A stretch of 64,000 nucleotides of DNA, taken from positions 16,201 through 80,200 of the forward strand of contig JAFXAN010000122.1 of NCBI GenBank assembly GCA_017517035.1, in the 5' to 3' direction. This DNA is from Clostridia bacterium. Lineage in GTDB: Bacteria > Bacillota > Clostridia > Oscillospirales > CAG-272. Shown piece after piece: positions 8,238-17,317 of this stretch. The notes under the pieces were generated by a model that saw only the letters and a list, made by a program, of their open reading frames with translations, was not told where the DNA came from and made no database searches. Positions within the stretch are counted from its first letter, which is position 1; every line of letters begins with the position of its first letter. The position numbers were made by a program, and so were the translations under genes.

Positions 8238-8428
8238 CGTTGCGGATATATCTTGGCGATGAATATTCTCTTTTCAAAAACGGAGTTGTCATTTATGATG
8301 ATGGCAGCGAGGTGGAGCTACAAAATTATATCCATCGTGGAATGATGGTTGATATTAAAAGAAAATCTTTTATCTCCGAAGTGAAAACAAAAGCCAGAAA
8401 TGAAGAACGGTTTGCAGAAAAACTTTGA
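8234..8428 (+). CDS. hypothetical protein (64 aa)
   Basis: ATGA start/stop overlap with the preceding gene, and AGGAG upstream. Confidence 0.4.
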   Translation: MTLRIYLGDEYSLFKNGVVIYDDGSEVELQNYIHRGMMVDIKRKSFISEVKTKARNEERFAEKL

Positions 8429-8490
8429 GCAACAAACATGAATAATAATAACAGCGTAAGCTGATAATATATACAAAACGAGGTAAATGA

Positions 8491-8670
8491 ATGGGGAAAA
8501 TCACAAACAAGGACACGATTGAGATTCGAATGGCAGAGGATATTTGGCTTAACTATTTCAACCGCTATCTTTTTGAAAAAGGTACGATAAGTGAAAAGGA
8601 ATACAAATTGATGACTGAAAAAATTGCCGGGAAAAAAGCCAAGTATTCAAAGATAAAAGCTGCCTGCTGA
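8491..8670 (+). CDS. small hypothetical protein (59 aa, below the ORF-track cutoff)
   Basis: My translation is MGKITNKDTIEIRMAEDIWLNYFNRYLFEKGTISEKEYKLMTEKIAGKKAKYSKIKAAC. GAGG lies 7 nt upstream and hairpins follow the stop. Confidence 0.35.
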   Translation: MGKITNKDTIEIRMAEDIWLNYFNRYLFEKGTISEKEYKLMTEKIAGKKAKYSKIKAAC

Positions 8671-8734
8671 AAGAAGCTTGGAAGATGCCCAAAAGGCTCT
8701 TCCAAAATACATAATTTCCCATTGAACCATACTC

Positions 8735-8780
8735 AAAAAGGAACAGTGCTTTGTGATGAAGCGCTGTTCCTTTTTCTTTT
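8735..8780. terminator. bidirectional terminator
   Basis: GGAACAGTGC...GCGCTGTTCC stem flanked by an A-run and a T-run, immediately after the SASP stop. Confidence 0.6.
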
Positions 8781-9035
8781 TTACAATATCAGCTCATATG
8801 TATATCTGACAGGAATTTTATGCCCGTTCGCTATGCGGCTTGGGCGCTCAAAGCTCATAGTTCGTATGGGTTTCATCTTCTTAACCATCTGACCGCCGAT
8901 AGAGCCTGCCTGACGGGAAGTGAGGTCTCCGTTATAACCCTGAGAAAGGTTAACACCTACCTCGCTTGCCGCTTCCATCTTAAATCTTTCCATTGCTTCC
9001 TTTGCTTCGGGAACGAGTGTCTTACCACTAGCCAT
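8781..9035 (-). CDS. alpha/beta-type small acid-soluble spore protein
   Basis: LVPEAKEAMERFKMEAASEVGV ... YNGDLTSRQAGSIGGQMVKKM is the SASP signature. The C-terminal tail is atypical. Confidence 0.8.
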   Translation of the reverse strand: MASGKTLVPEAKEAMERFKMEAASEVGVNLSQGYNGDLTSRQAGSIGGQMVKKMKPIRTMSFERPSRIANGHKIPVRYTYELIL

Positions 9036-9219
9036 TGTGTTTCTCCTTCCGAACGGCTTTTGCCGTTCTTTTTAATTCAAAATTCTATTTTAATCGAGAA
9101 GCTTTCGCTTGCTCTGTGCTTATTGTGTGTCTTTATCATAAAAATATTAGTGGTAATTTCTGTCGGATTTGGTCTTCAAAAATTAAAAAATTTTGATCAT
9201 GCTGTTTTATAATTGTCGG

Positions 9220-9248
9220 TTGACTTTGCTCTGAGAATGTGATATAAT
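9220..9248 (+). promoter_or_regulatory. promoter TTGACT-17-TATAAT (TGn)
   Basis: Reads TTGACTTTGCTCTGAGAATGTGATATAAT, upstream of the yjbR-type gene. Confidence 0.45.
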
Positions 9249-9289
9249 TCTATATACTAAAAAGAAAGATTTAATATCATAGAGGGGAT

Positions 9290-9664
9290 ATGATGACAAA
9301 GGAACATTTTCTCAATTACTGCAAAGACACATACGAAACACAGCCTGATTATCCTTTTGATGATTTTTTTGAGACTGCAGTGTTGAGACACGGGGACAAC
9401 CGAAAATGGTATGCGCTGGTGATGAAAGTTTCAAGGCGCAAGTTCGGGCTTGAAAGTGACGAGGTGACAGATGTTGTCAATCTCAAGCTGCCTACCGAGA
9501 TGTTTGGTTCATTCGGGGCTTCCGACGGTGTTTATCCGGCATATCATATGAACAAGCTTCATTGGATATCGGTGATTCTTTCTGATGCTTCGGAGGATGT
9601 TATAAAATTTCTTGTAAATATCAGCTATGAGGCAACAAAGTCCAAAAAGAAAATCATAAAATAG
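9290..9664 (+). CDS. MmcQ/YjbR-family DNA-binding protein
   Basis: Matches are YCKDTYETQPDYPFDD, the layout NRKWYALVM...VNLK, and AYHMNKLHWISV. Confidence 0.75.
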   Translation: MMTKEHFLNYCKDTYETQPDYPFDDFFETAVLRHGDNRKWYALVMKVSRRKFGLESDEVTDVVNLKLPTEMFGSFGASDGVYPAYHMNKLHWISVILSDASEDVIKFLVNISYEATKSKKKIIK

Positions 9665-9689
9665 CGGAATACTTAAAAGGTATTCCGCT
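9663..9689 (+). terminator. hairpin after the yjbR-type gene
   Basis: AGCGGAATA...TATTCCGCT forms a 9-bp stem. The T-tract is weak. Confidence 0.4.
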
Positions 9690-9745
9690 GTCTCATTTTA
9701 TTTGGCATTTGGCGGTTTTTTTCCGAAAAATAGTTTTTTTTGGCA

Positions 9746-9774
9746 TTGCAAATAAAAACTATAAAGCTTATAAT
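9746..9774 (+). promoter_or_regulatory. promoter TTGCAA-17-TATAAT
   Basis: Reads TTGCAAATAAAAACTATAAAGCTTATAAT, about 28 nt upstream of the ATG at 9803. Confidence 0.4.
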
Positions 9775-9802
9775 GAGGTGAAGAAAATTGCGGAGGTGCA
9801 AA

Positions 9803-12800
9803 ATGTTTAAGAGAATTATTAGCTTTGTCATGTCATTATACCTTGTTTTATCGGCCTTCACCTTATATCCTTTGGCGGTCTCTGATTCTCTCGGATCAAT
9901 TCTTGATCTCGATCTTTCGACCGTTTCAAAGGTATATTTCAAGGGCGAAACAAATAAGGATTTTGCATCATATGAGGTCGGCGAAGAGATGGTATTTACA
10001 GTCACAATGTTTGCCGACGGTAAGCAGATAACTGCGCCTTATTTCTACTATACAGTAAAAGGAGATGACGGCGTAAAGAGTGACGGTTATATTGCAGGAG
10101 ACAGCGGTACAGCCGAGATAAGAGCTTCGGTTTCAAAGCCCGGTGCTGTATTTTTGACCGTAACCCCTTGCAACGCATTCAAGCAGCCAATTGTCAATAG
10201 CAAGATCACAGATTTTGCAGGAGGTGCTATTTCAGGTGCGGAGAGAATCAGAACAACAGTGGCAGAACCTGCGGATTTTGCAGATTTTTGGAGCAAAACT
10301 CTTGAAATTCTCGATGCTCCGAAGATTGATTTTATGTATTCTTTTGAGAAAATATCGGGAGGCGTTATTTACGATGTTTTTGAGCTTGAAATAAACGTTC
10401 CCGTTGACGATTATTATAAATCAACATATCCTCAGCTTTGGGAAAAGGATGGGGGAAGACACTATGTATTTGCTTATATAGCAATCCCCCAAGATTCTGA
10501 GGTCGGCTCGCTTCCTCTTGATGTTACTTTTTACGGTCGAGATAAGATGGTGCCTTCAGTTTCTGTGGATCCCGGAAAAATCGTTATAACGGTTGGCCCT
10601 CATTGTGTTCCCGCACCGCATAATGTGGCGGAAGGCGAAACATCAACAAATGTTTCAAACGGAGCTTATACCAATAACTATTATGAGGAGCTTCACAATA
10701 TCTATTCATACAGAAGCAACCTGGGATTTGAGACTCATACAAATGAAATCCCCGAAACAGTTTATTTCAAATATATGCATCTGAGAAATGTTCAGGCTCT
10801 CCGATTTGCTATGCAGTGCTTTGGTTCTGAAGGATTTGAGGTGCTTGAGGCTTACAAAGGGCTTTGGAACGGAAATGATATAAAAGTCAGCGGAAATAGT
10901 CAGGGCGGTATGCAGACCCTCGCTGTGGCGGCTCTTTGTCCCGAGGTTACCGAGGTGAATGTTGTTGTTCCGTGGTTTGCTGACGTTGCGGGAAATACTG
11001 ACGGTGCTAAGCTTCAGTCAACTCTTCGCCCCACCTATAGAAAAGGTCTTTCCTATATGGATTCAGCTAATTTCGCAAAGCACATTGAAGCTGAAACTGT
11101 AACTATAACCGCAGGAACCTGCGACACACTTTGTCCTATGAGCGCAGTTCAGGCAATTTATAACAATCTGAATGCCAATGCAAGCATCAGATTCGTTCAG
11201 GGAATGGGTCATGCTTCTACAAACACATACCCAATAGAATCTTATCAGTCAAAGGCGTATAATGCAGAGCCAATATATGAAAAGGATCTGTTTTATATAA
11301 GCGGCATTCCCGAGGATTTTGCCGATGCGTTTTCTGCCGCTTGGGAGACTATAAACTGTAGAGAAGCTGTTATTTTTGCTTCTGAACAGGATTTTCTTTC
11401 AGCAGAGAGCAATAGTAAGAATTATATTGCGATTTCTGCTTTTGGTGAGACTCCTGTCAATGCTGAAAGCATGGAAGAGCTTGAAGCTTTTGTTTCGTAT
11501 AACGGAATCACAAGCTATAATGCTGTGTTCACTTCAGACTCTGCGCTTTCTGCATATGATAAGGCTGTGCTTGAGCTTTCGGGCGATATAAGCAAACAGA
11601 AATTCAATCTTATTTCTGTTTTTGAGGACGAGGAGGGCACGTCTCTTGCAAGGAAAATTGCAACAGAGCTATCGGGCGCAGTTTTCGGAAATCAAGTGGC
11701 TGCCGGCAAGGAGCTTACTGTCATAGGTGAAAACGGTAATAAGATCGGAGGAATTGCTGTTTCTCATGATATTGAAAATTTCAAGGCGTATCCGATCATA
11801 ACTCCAGCATATGCACTTGATGATACAGGGCTTGATGTAAGCTATTCGGTGATTGACGGAGTTGGAAGCTATAATGTAAGCGGAGATGGAATTGACCATA
11901 TTGTTAATGTCTTCTCCGATAGTGAAGTTGATGTTTTCGGAAATGACAGAGGCTTTGACTATATTCTCTCAAATAATATTCTGAATATTTACGGTGATGG
12001 AAAAATTGAAGATTCTTCCTATGCCTGGAATGACTATCTCGCATCAGTAGATGAGATAGTTCTGAATTGCGGAATTGATGGAATCGGAGACAATGCATTT
12101 GTTGTGGGGAGCGGTACAAAGGTAAATCTTCCATATACGCTTCTTGATATATCTGCTAATGCTTTTGGCGGAAAGACTGATTTTTCAATTTTAGGTTATG
12201 AGGGAAGCGGTGCGGAAGAGCTCGGTGCTGAAAGCTTTGTGAGCCTTGGCAGTGCAGGCACTTGCGGAGATGATGTTTACTTTATCTATAAGGATGGAAC
12301 ACTCCGTATCGTTGGCACCGGAAACACTCTCGTTTCCGGTATAGGCGGCTACGGTGATAAAGCAAGCTGCGCTTGGTATGCTCACTATAACGATATAACA
12401 AAGGCGGTTATTGGGGAAAATATTACAACCATCATCGGCAGAACCTTTCATTATATGCCCTCTCTTACAACGGTTGAGATAACGGAAAATCTAAAAGCTA
12501 TAGGCGGATCGGCATTTGAAGGCGGACCTGCGCTTACAACCGTTTATCTCAAAGGTAGAGAAGCGGTCATGGGAACACTCGATCTTTCCTATGTTACAAG
12601 CATTGGCAGCGGTGCATTTAACGACTGTAAAAAGATAAAAAATATTATTCTTTCAGAGAATCTTGAGGGAGCGATAAGCTCAAATACATTCCAGCTTTGC
12701 AGCGGAATCACGGAGCTTACGATCCCCAAAGGAGTTACAAGTATAGGCGAGTCTGCTTTCGGTGACGCTTCTGCGCTCAGAAAGCTTACCGTTCTTGGAA

Positions 12801-14992
12801 GAAATACTGTAATTTTTGCGTCTGCATTCAAGAGCACATGGACAGAAAATCTGATAAACAAGGTTAAAATTGTTGCATATGGCGGATCTATCGCACATGG
12901 TCTTGCAAGAAGCGAAAAGCTTGTTTTTGAGAATCTTGAAAGCGGAAAGGTTATAGATTACGGCGCATCTCCGGCTCAGTTCATGACATATGAGGGCTAT
13001 CAGGTGAGAACCGATGGCTATAACGGACTTCGTTCACTGTTCAGAATTGATAAAACAAAGCTTCCCACCTTTGAGGATGAGGGATATGAGATTTATGAAT
13101 ACGGAACAGTTATTGCTTCAGAGAGCAGATTGCTCAAAAACGGCGAAGAGTTAACTATATCGGTATCGGATGACGGCAGCGTTCAGACATTGGACTATGC
13201 AAGTCTAATACCGATATACAGAGACGGTGTTAAGGTTGGAAAGCTTATAACGAATAATGATACAGAGGCTACCTTTGCTTGTACCGTTATAAACTTTACC
13301 GAGAATACTTTTGATAAGGCTGTTGTGAACAGAGGATATATTGTTCTTCGCAGTGCTGAGGGAGATTTCAGCGTTTATTATGTGGATTATCCGGATGAGG
13401 GATATAGGGCTGTAACACTGGAGCAGATAAGCGACGGCCTCTATGAATCGGGAAGTATTTTGGAAGATTGCATAAGCTATATTCATGTGCAGGCGTTCAA
13501 GAAGATAAGGGATGATGAGTATGCAAATGATAACGAATTTGATCAGAATGATATATTTTCATCGGAGCATGCAAGGATAGATAAACTTACTGTAAACGGC
13601 GAAAAAATGAAAGGCTCTGTCATATATGTACAAGATCCCGTACTTATGATATATGCTGAGCAGATAAAGGAACTTTTTTACGAATATGCAGATATAAAGC
13701 TTGAAATTGTTTCGGATGAAATTCCCGAAAAGGGAATAATACTTGCATTTGACAGCGAGAATTACAGAAATGAAAGTATTACTGTTGATGGGAGTGCAAT
13801 AAAGATAATTCCCGCATACGGAAATCCTAAATTTGCTTATGATAAGCTGAAGGAGATCCTTGACGGTGCAGAGAACAGAAAACTCGATATTACCGCTTCG
13901 GTAAATTATTCGGGTGCTATAGATTATAGCGGTATTTATTCAAAGGCAGAGCTTATGGAATTCCTTGAGACTGTTTATGAATCTGATTCTGTTGTGGTCG
14001 GAGAGCTTGCGGATAATGGGGTAAATAAAAACAGTACCCTTATCAGTTCCGGACTTGAGCATTTCAAGTTTGTTGCCGGCGAATATCCGGGACTTATGAG
14101 TATTGATGTTGCAAGTGCTTTTACATATATCCGAGATGGCGGAGACGATATGCTTCACATTGCGGAGGAGCTTATAAATTATGCTTCAAATGGCGGTATT
14201 ATCGTTACTCATGCTCACATGAGCTGTCCAACAAATCCGGATGAATATCGTGAAGGCAGCCTTAATTACAGTCAGTGGCAAGAGCTTTTCAAAGAGGGAA
14301 GCGAGCTTAATACGGTTTTTTATGAGCTTCTTTCCAAAACAGCAGATTTCTTTGAGATACTCGATGAGGCAGGTGTTCCGGTTATTTGGAGACCTTACCA
14401 TGAAATCAACGGAAATTGGTTCTGGTGGGGTGCGGGCAGAAAGGATGGTTTCCTTGGCATTTGGCATCTTGGTGCCGATAATTACAAAAAGCTTTGGACG
14501 GTTACATATAAGTATTTCACCGAAACAAGAGGGCTTGACAACCTTATATGGGTTTATAATCCGAATATTGGTGAGACGAGTGATACGCTTGTTGCTCCTC
14601 TTGAATGCTATCCCGGTGATGAGTATGTTGATATTGTGGGACTTGATTGGTATTCCAACGGTGATTATTCCGTGATTGAAAATACTCCCACATATAAGGA
14701 TCTTCAGAGTACGGGAAAGATCGTAAATATGTGTGAATTTGGACTTTCGGGAGATGCTTTGGTTGAACCCGACCTTGGCGAGGAGGGTGAGCAGAAGGAT
14801 CTGTTCAGCTGCCTTGATGTTCTGACTTATATAGAGAATATGAATAATTCCGGTTATAAAACAGCTTATTGGCTCTTCTGGCAGGGAAATTCCTCTATTA
14901 CCGGAATGGGTTATGCAGATGAATTTATGCAGAGTGAGCTTACTCTTGGCCTTAAAGAAACAAGAGCACTGTTTGAAAATATAAGAAAATGA
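9803..14992 (+). CDS. giant secreted multidomain enzyme: signal peptide, Ig-like + CE7 acetyl(xylan) esterase, BspA-type leucine-rich repeats, unknown beta-module, GH26 (mannanase-type) catalytic domain
   Basis: Start at MFKRIISFVMSLYLVLSAF, with GGAGG upstream. CE7 is supported by PADFADFWSKTLE and GNSQGGMQTLA (about 10889-10909). LRR_5-like repeats span about 12000-12900. GH26 is supported by WRPYHEINGNWFWWG (about 14385-14430) and NMCEFG. Confidence 0.85.
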   Translation: MFKRIISFVMSLYLVLSAFTLYPLAVSDSLGSILDLDLSTVSKVYFKGETNKDFASYEVGEEMVFTVTMFADGKQITAPYFYYTVKGDDGVKSDGYIAGDSGTAEIRASVSKPGAVFLTVTPCNAFKQPIVNSKITDFAGGAISGAERIRTTVAEPADFADFWSKTLEILDAPKIDFMYSFEKISGGVIYDVFELEINVPVDDYYKSTYPQLWEKDGGRHYVFAYIAIPQDSEVGSLPLDVTFYGRDKMVPSVSVDPGKIVITVGPHCVPAPHNVAEGETSTNVSNGAYTNNYYEELHNIYSYRSNLGFETHTNEIPETVYFKYMHLRNVQALRFAMQCFGSEGFEVLEAYKGLWNGNDIKVSGNSQGGMQTLAVAALCPEVTEVNVVVPWFADVAGNTDGAKLQSTLRPTYRKGLSYMDSANFAKHIEAETVTITAGTCDTLCPMSAVQAIYNNLNANASIRFVQGMGHASTNTYPIESYQSKAYNAEPIYEKDLFYISGIPEDFADAFSAAWETINCREAVIFASEQDFLSAESNSKNYIAISAFGETPVNAESMEELEAFVSYNGITSYNAVFTSDSALSAYDKAVLELSGDISKQKFNLISVFEDEEGTSLARKIATELSGAVFGNQVAAGKELTVIGENGNKIGGIAVSHDIENFKAYPIITPAYALDDTGLDVSYSVIDGVGSYNVSGDGIDHIVNVFSDSEVDVFGNDRGFDYILSNNILNIYGDGKIEDSSYAWNDYLASVDEIVLNCGIDGIGDNAFVVGSGTKVNLPYTLLDISANAFGGKTDFSILGYEGSGAEELGAESFVSLGSAGTCGDDVYFIYKDGTLRIVGTGNTLVSGIGGYGDKASCAWYAHYNDITKAVIGENITTIIGRTFHYMPSLTTVEITENLKAIGGSAFEGGPALTTVYLKGREAVMGTLDLSYVTSIGSGAFNDCKKIKNIILSENLEGAISSNTFQLCSGITELTIPKGVTSIGESAFGDASALRKLTVLGRNTVIFASAFKSTWTENLINKVKIVAYGGSIAHGLARSEKLVFENLESGKVIDYGASPAQFMTYEGYQVRTDGYNGLRSLFRIDKTKLPTFEDEGYEIYEYGTVIASESRLLKNGEELTISVSDDGSVQTLDYASLIPIYRDGVKVGKLITNNDTEATFACTVINFTENTFDKAVVNRGYIVLRSAEGDFSVYYVDYPDEGYRAVTLEQISDGLYESGSILEDCISYIHVQAFKKIRDDEYANDNEFDQNDIFSSEHARIDKLTVNGEKMKGSVIYVQDPVLMIYAEQIKELFYEYADIKLEIVSDEIPEKGIILAFDSENYRNESITVDGSAIKIIPAYGNPKFAYDKLKEILDGAENRKLDITASVNYSGAIDYSGIYSKAELMEFLETVYESDSVVVGELADNGVNKNSTLISSGLEHFKFVAGEYPGLMSIDVASAFTYIRDGGDDMLHIAEELINYASNGGIIVTHAHMSCPTNPDEYREGSLNYSQWQELFKEGSELNTVFYELLSKTADFFEILDEAGVPVIWRPYHEINGNWFWWGAGRKDGFLGIWHLGADNYKKLWTVTYKYFTETRGLDNLIWVYNPNIGETSDTLVAPLECYPGDEYVDIVGLDWYSNGDYSVIENTPTYKDLQSTGKIVNMCEFGLSGDALVEPDLGEEGEQKDLFSCLDVLTYIENMNNSGYKTAYWLFWQGNSSITGMGYADEFMQSELTLGLKETRALFENIRK

Positions 14993-15016
14993 ACATATAT
15001 CTTGAATAAAGTAAAG

Positions 15017-15043
15017 AGACCGAAGCACCGCTTCGGTCTTTTT
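15017..15043 (+). terminator. rho-independent terminator
   Basis: AGACCGAAG-CACCG-CTTCGGTCT followed by TTTTT. Confidence 0.7.
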
Positions 15044-15062
15044 GCTACAAAAATTTGTTGAT

Positions 15063-15122
15063 AAACCGTAATTTGTAGGTGAGATTATTTGTTGCCGCAA
15101 GCGATTCGACAAATTACTGTTT
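15063..15122. repeat. MITE-like element, minimal copy (60 nt)
   Basis: Starts AAACCGTAATTTGTAGGTGAG and ends CGATTCGACAAATTACTGTTT, the same termini as the copies at 26607 and 49179. Confidence 0.6.
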
Positions 15123-15123
15123 G

Positions 15124-15150
15124 AAAAAGAGGCTGATTTGAGTCAGCCTC
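15124..15150 (-). terminator. rho-independent terminator of the GH95 gene
   Basis: On the minus strand, GAGGCTGA-CTCAAA-TCAGCCTC followed by TTTTT. Confidence 0.65.
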
Positions 15151-15163
15151 TTAATATATTGAA

Positions 15164-17317
15164 TTAAAAATCGGAAAGCACATATTTTTTGTCTTTTTCA
15201 AGCGAAACTGTCATGCTTCCATTGGGATACATGAGCTTTATATCATGTGTTATGGCACTTTCAAGCTCAATCCTTGTCACTTTTCCGTCTGTAAAATCAA
15301 AGCTGATGTCCGTATTATAAGGAAGCTTGAAATGTTTGATGCTTCCGTTTTTCCAGATGTCGGGGCAAGCGCCGAGGAGTGTTATTTCATCAAATCTTAC
15401 AGAAACAAAAGCTTCGACAATTGCCGCCGCACCGCCGAAATTACCGTCTATCTGGAAAATTTTTTCCTTATAGATGCCTGTCGGAGGATGAAAATCGAGA
15501 AGTGAGGGCGAGCATTGCTCCGTTATGAGATTTTTAATGCTTTCCCAAAGGTCATTTCCTCTGCCCATTCTCGCATAAAGGCAGGCAACCCAAGCACGGC
15601 TCCAGCCTGTCTGACCTCCGCCAAAGGAAAGTCTGAAATCGAGTGATTTTCTGCAAGCCTCGGCAAGCTCCGATCCTTTTTCAATGAGCCAACCGGGATA
15701 TAAGCCCACAAGATGAGAAAGGTGTCTGTGCTCGGGCTCGGCTTCCTTATATTCCTTATCCCATTCGAGAAGTCTGCCGTCGCTTCCGATTTTAAGCTCC
15801 GGTGTGAGGGATAACAGATTTTGCCATCTTGATGCATCAATTTCGAGTGCTTTTGCAGCATCAATAGCGTAAATGAGAAGCTCCCTGAAAAGGGAAATAT
15901 CCATTGCGCTGTTTTCACAGATTGAAATTGGCAGATCACCTGCTCCGACAAAACGGTTTTCTGGGGAGGTTGATGGAGAAATGCATAGCTTTCCGTTTTT
16001 CTTAAATGCAAAATCCTCATAAAAATCAAGGCATTCACACATAAAGGGATAAGCACGGTCACGGAGAAAATCAATATCAGCGGTATAGAGATAATGACGG
16101 TAAAAATGCTGTGCGAGCCAAGGGGCAGCACCGAGCCATGAGCCCCAACCGTAGGCATCATGGAACATTGCACCGTAAAGATCTATCGCATGATTAAAGC
16201 AGATTCCTCGGCATCCGTAAAGATTCGTTGCTCTTTCTCTGCCTTTCGGTATCAGGCTTTCGCAGAATGAGAAAAATGCCTCGTTTGCATAGTCCATCCC
16301 CAGCGCATCGGTGAACCAATAGTTCATTTGCAGATTTATATCAAGGTGATAATCACAGCTCCAAGGCGGAATGATCTCCTCATTCCATTTTCCCTGAAGA
16401 TTTTGAGGATATTTTCCCGAACCCGCAACCATAAGATATTTTGCGAAATTGAAAAACAAAATCGGCAGGGAAGAGTCATTTCCTTTTGCAAGTGCAACGA
16501 TTCTTTTGTCGGTCGTATCTTCATTTTCGGGGAGATCAAGAATGATTTCGCTCTCTCCCAAGCGATGCTTGAATTCTTTCCTATGTTCTTCAAAGGAAAT
16601 ATCATAATTCGGTATCTCTTCCGAAACAAACAGTTTTTTCTTGTCAAATCCCGCATCAATTCCGAATGTGATAAGAGCTTCTTTCTCGTTTACTGCTTTA
16701 TGATTTGCCGCAACGAGAAAGAAAAGATCACCGTCAATCGTACCCGAAAGCTGGGTTCTTTGCTCAGAGCTTTCAATATTATATATGCAATTCTCATCCT
16801 CTGTGCGTGAAAGCTCAACAAAAGGCTCTGATTCTTTTTCGGTGATGATTTTAATAAATCCAAGCTGCTTTGTCAGGCTTATGAAGGATGAAATTTCAAC
16901 ATGACCGCATTTTTCACATTCAAAACTGATCATAACCTCGCCTGTGTTTAAACATAGACTTCTGTGGTAGTCCCAAACATCACCTGTATCAAGAGAAATA
17001 TACATATCACCTGCAGGCACATATGGCATTATTCTTCTGAAACTGCCCTCCGAATAACGGGAATATGCATCATGTGCGGCAAGAGTAGCATTCTCATATT
17101 CTTCATTATCTAAAAGCGAACGAATGACGCCGAGTCTTTCGGCTCTCATCGGAACCTCTCTGTCTTTGTCATGAGTTCTCCAGAGAGCCTCGTGATTTAG
17201 GGCAATTCTTGTTTTTTCAGGCGTTCCCAGCACCATTGCGGCAAGTGTGCCGTTTCCGATTGGAAGCCCCGATGTGTATTTTTCTGTATATTCCGAAAAG
17301 TGTATTTTATTATTCAT
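15164..17317 (-). CDS. GH95-family glycoside hydrolase (alpha-L-fucosidase/galactosidase type)
   Basis: Supported by LPIGNGTLAAMVLG...LNHEALW and DYHLDINLQMNYW. Start chosen at MNNKIHF, with GGAG 9 nt upstream. Confidence 0.8.
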   Translation of the reverse strand: MNNKIHFSEYTEKYTSGLPIGNGTLAAMVLGTPEKTRIALNHEALWRTHDKDREVPMRAERLGVIRSLLDNEEYENATLAAHDAYSRYSEGSFRRIMPYVPAGDMYISLDTGDVWDYHRSLCLNTGEVMISFECEKCGHVEISSFISLTKQLGFIKIITEKESEPFVELSRTEDENCIYNIESSEQRTQLSGTIDGDLFFLVAANHKAVNEKEALITFGIDAGFDKKKLFVSEEIPNYDISFEEHRKEFKHRLGESEIILDLPENEDTTDKRIVALAKGNDSSLPILFFNFAKYLMVAGSGKYPQNLQGKWNEEIIPPWSCDYHLDINLQMNYWFTDALGMDYANEAFFSFCESLIPKGRERATNLYGCRGICFNHAIDLYGAMFHDAYGWGSWLGAAPWLAQHFYRHYLYTADIDFLRDRAYPFMCECLDFYEDFAFKKNGKLCISPSTSPENRFVGAGDLPISICENSAMDISLFRELLIYAIDAAKALEIDASRWQNLLSLTPELKIGSDGRLLEWDKEYKEAEPEHRHLSHLVGLYPGWLIEKGSELAEACRKSLDFRLSFGGGQTGWSRAWVACLYARMGRGNDLWESIKNLITEQCSPSLLDFHPPTGIYKEKIFQIDGNFGGAAAIVEAFVSVRFDEITLLGACPDIWKNGSIKHFKLPYNTDISFDFTDGKVTRIELESAITHDIKLMYPNGSMTVSLEKDKKYVLSDF

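Noticed and set aside
8781-9035. Calling the SASP gene a frameshifted pseudogene.
   Set aside because: The reading frame is open to a stop that abuts a good terminator, and the alternative frame ending is not clearly more canonical. There is not enough evidence without homologue alignment.
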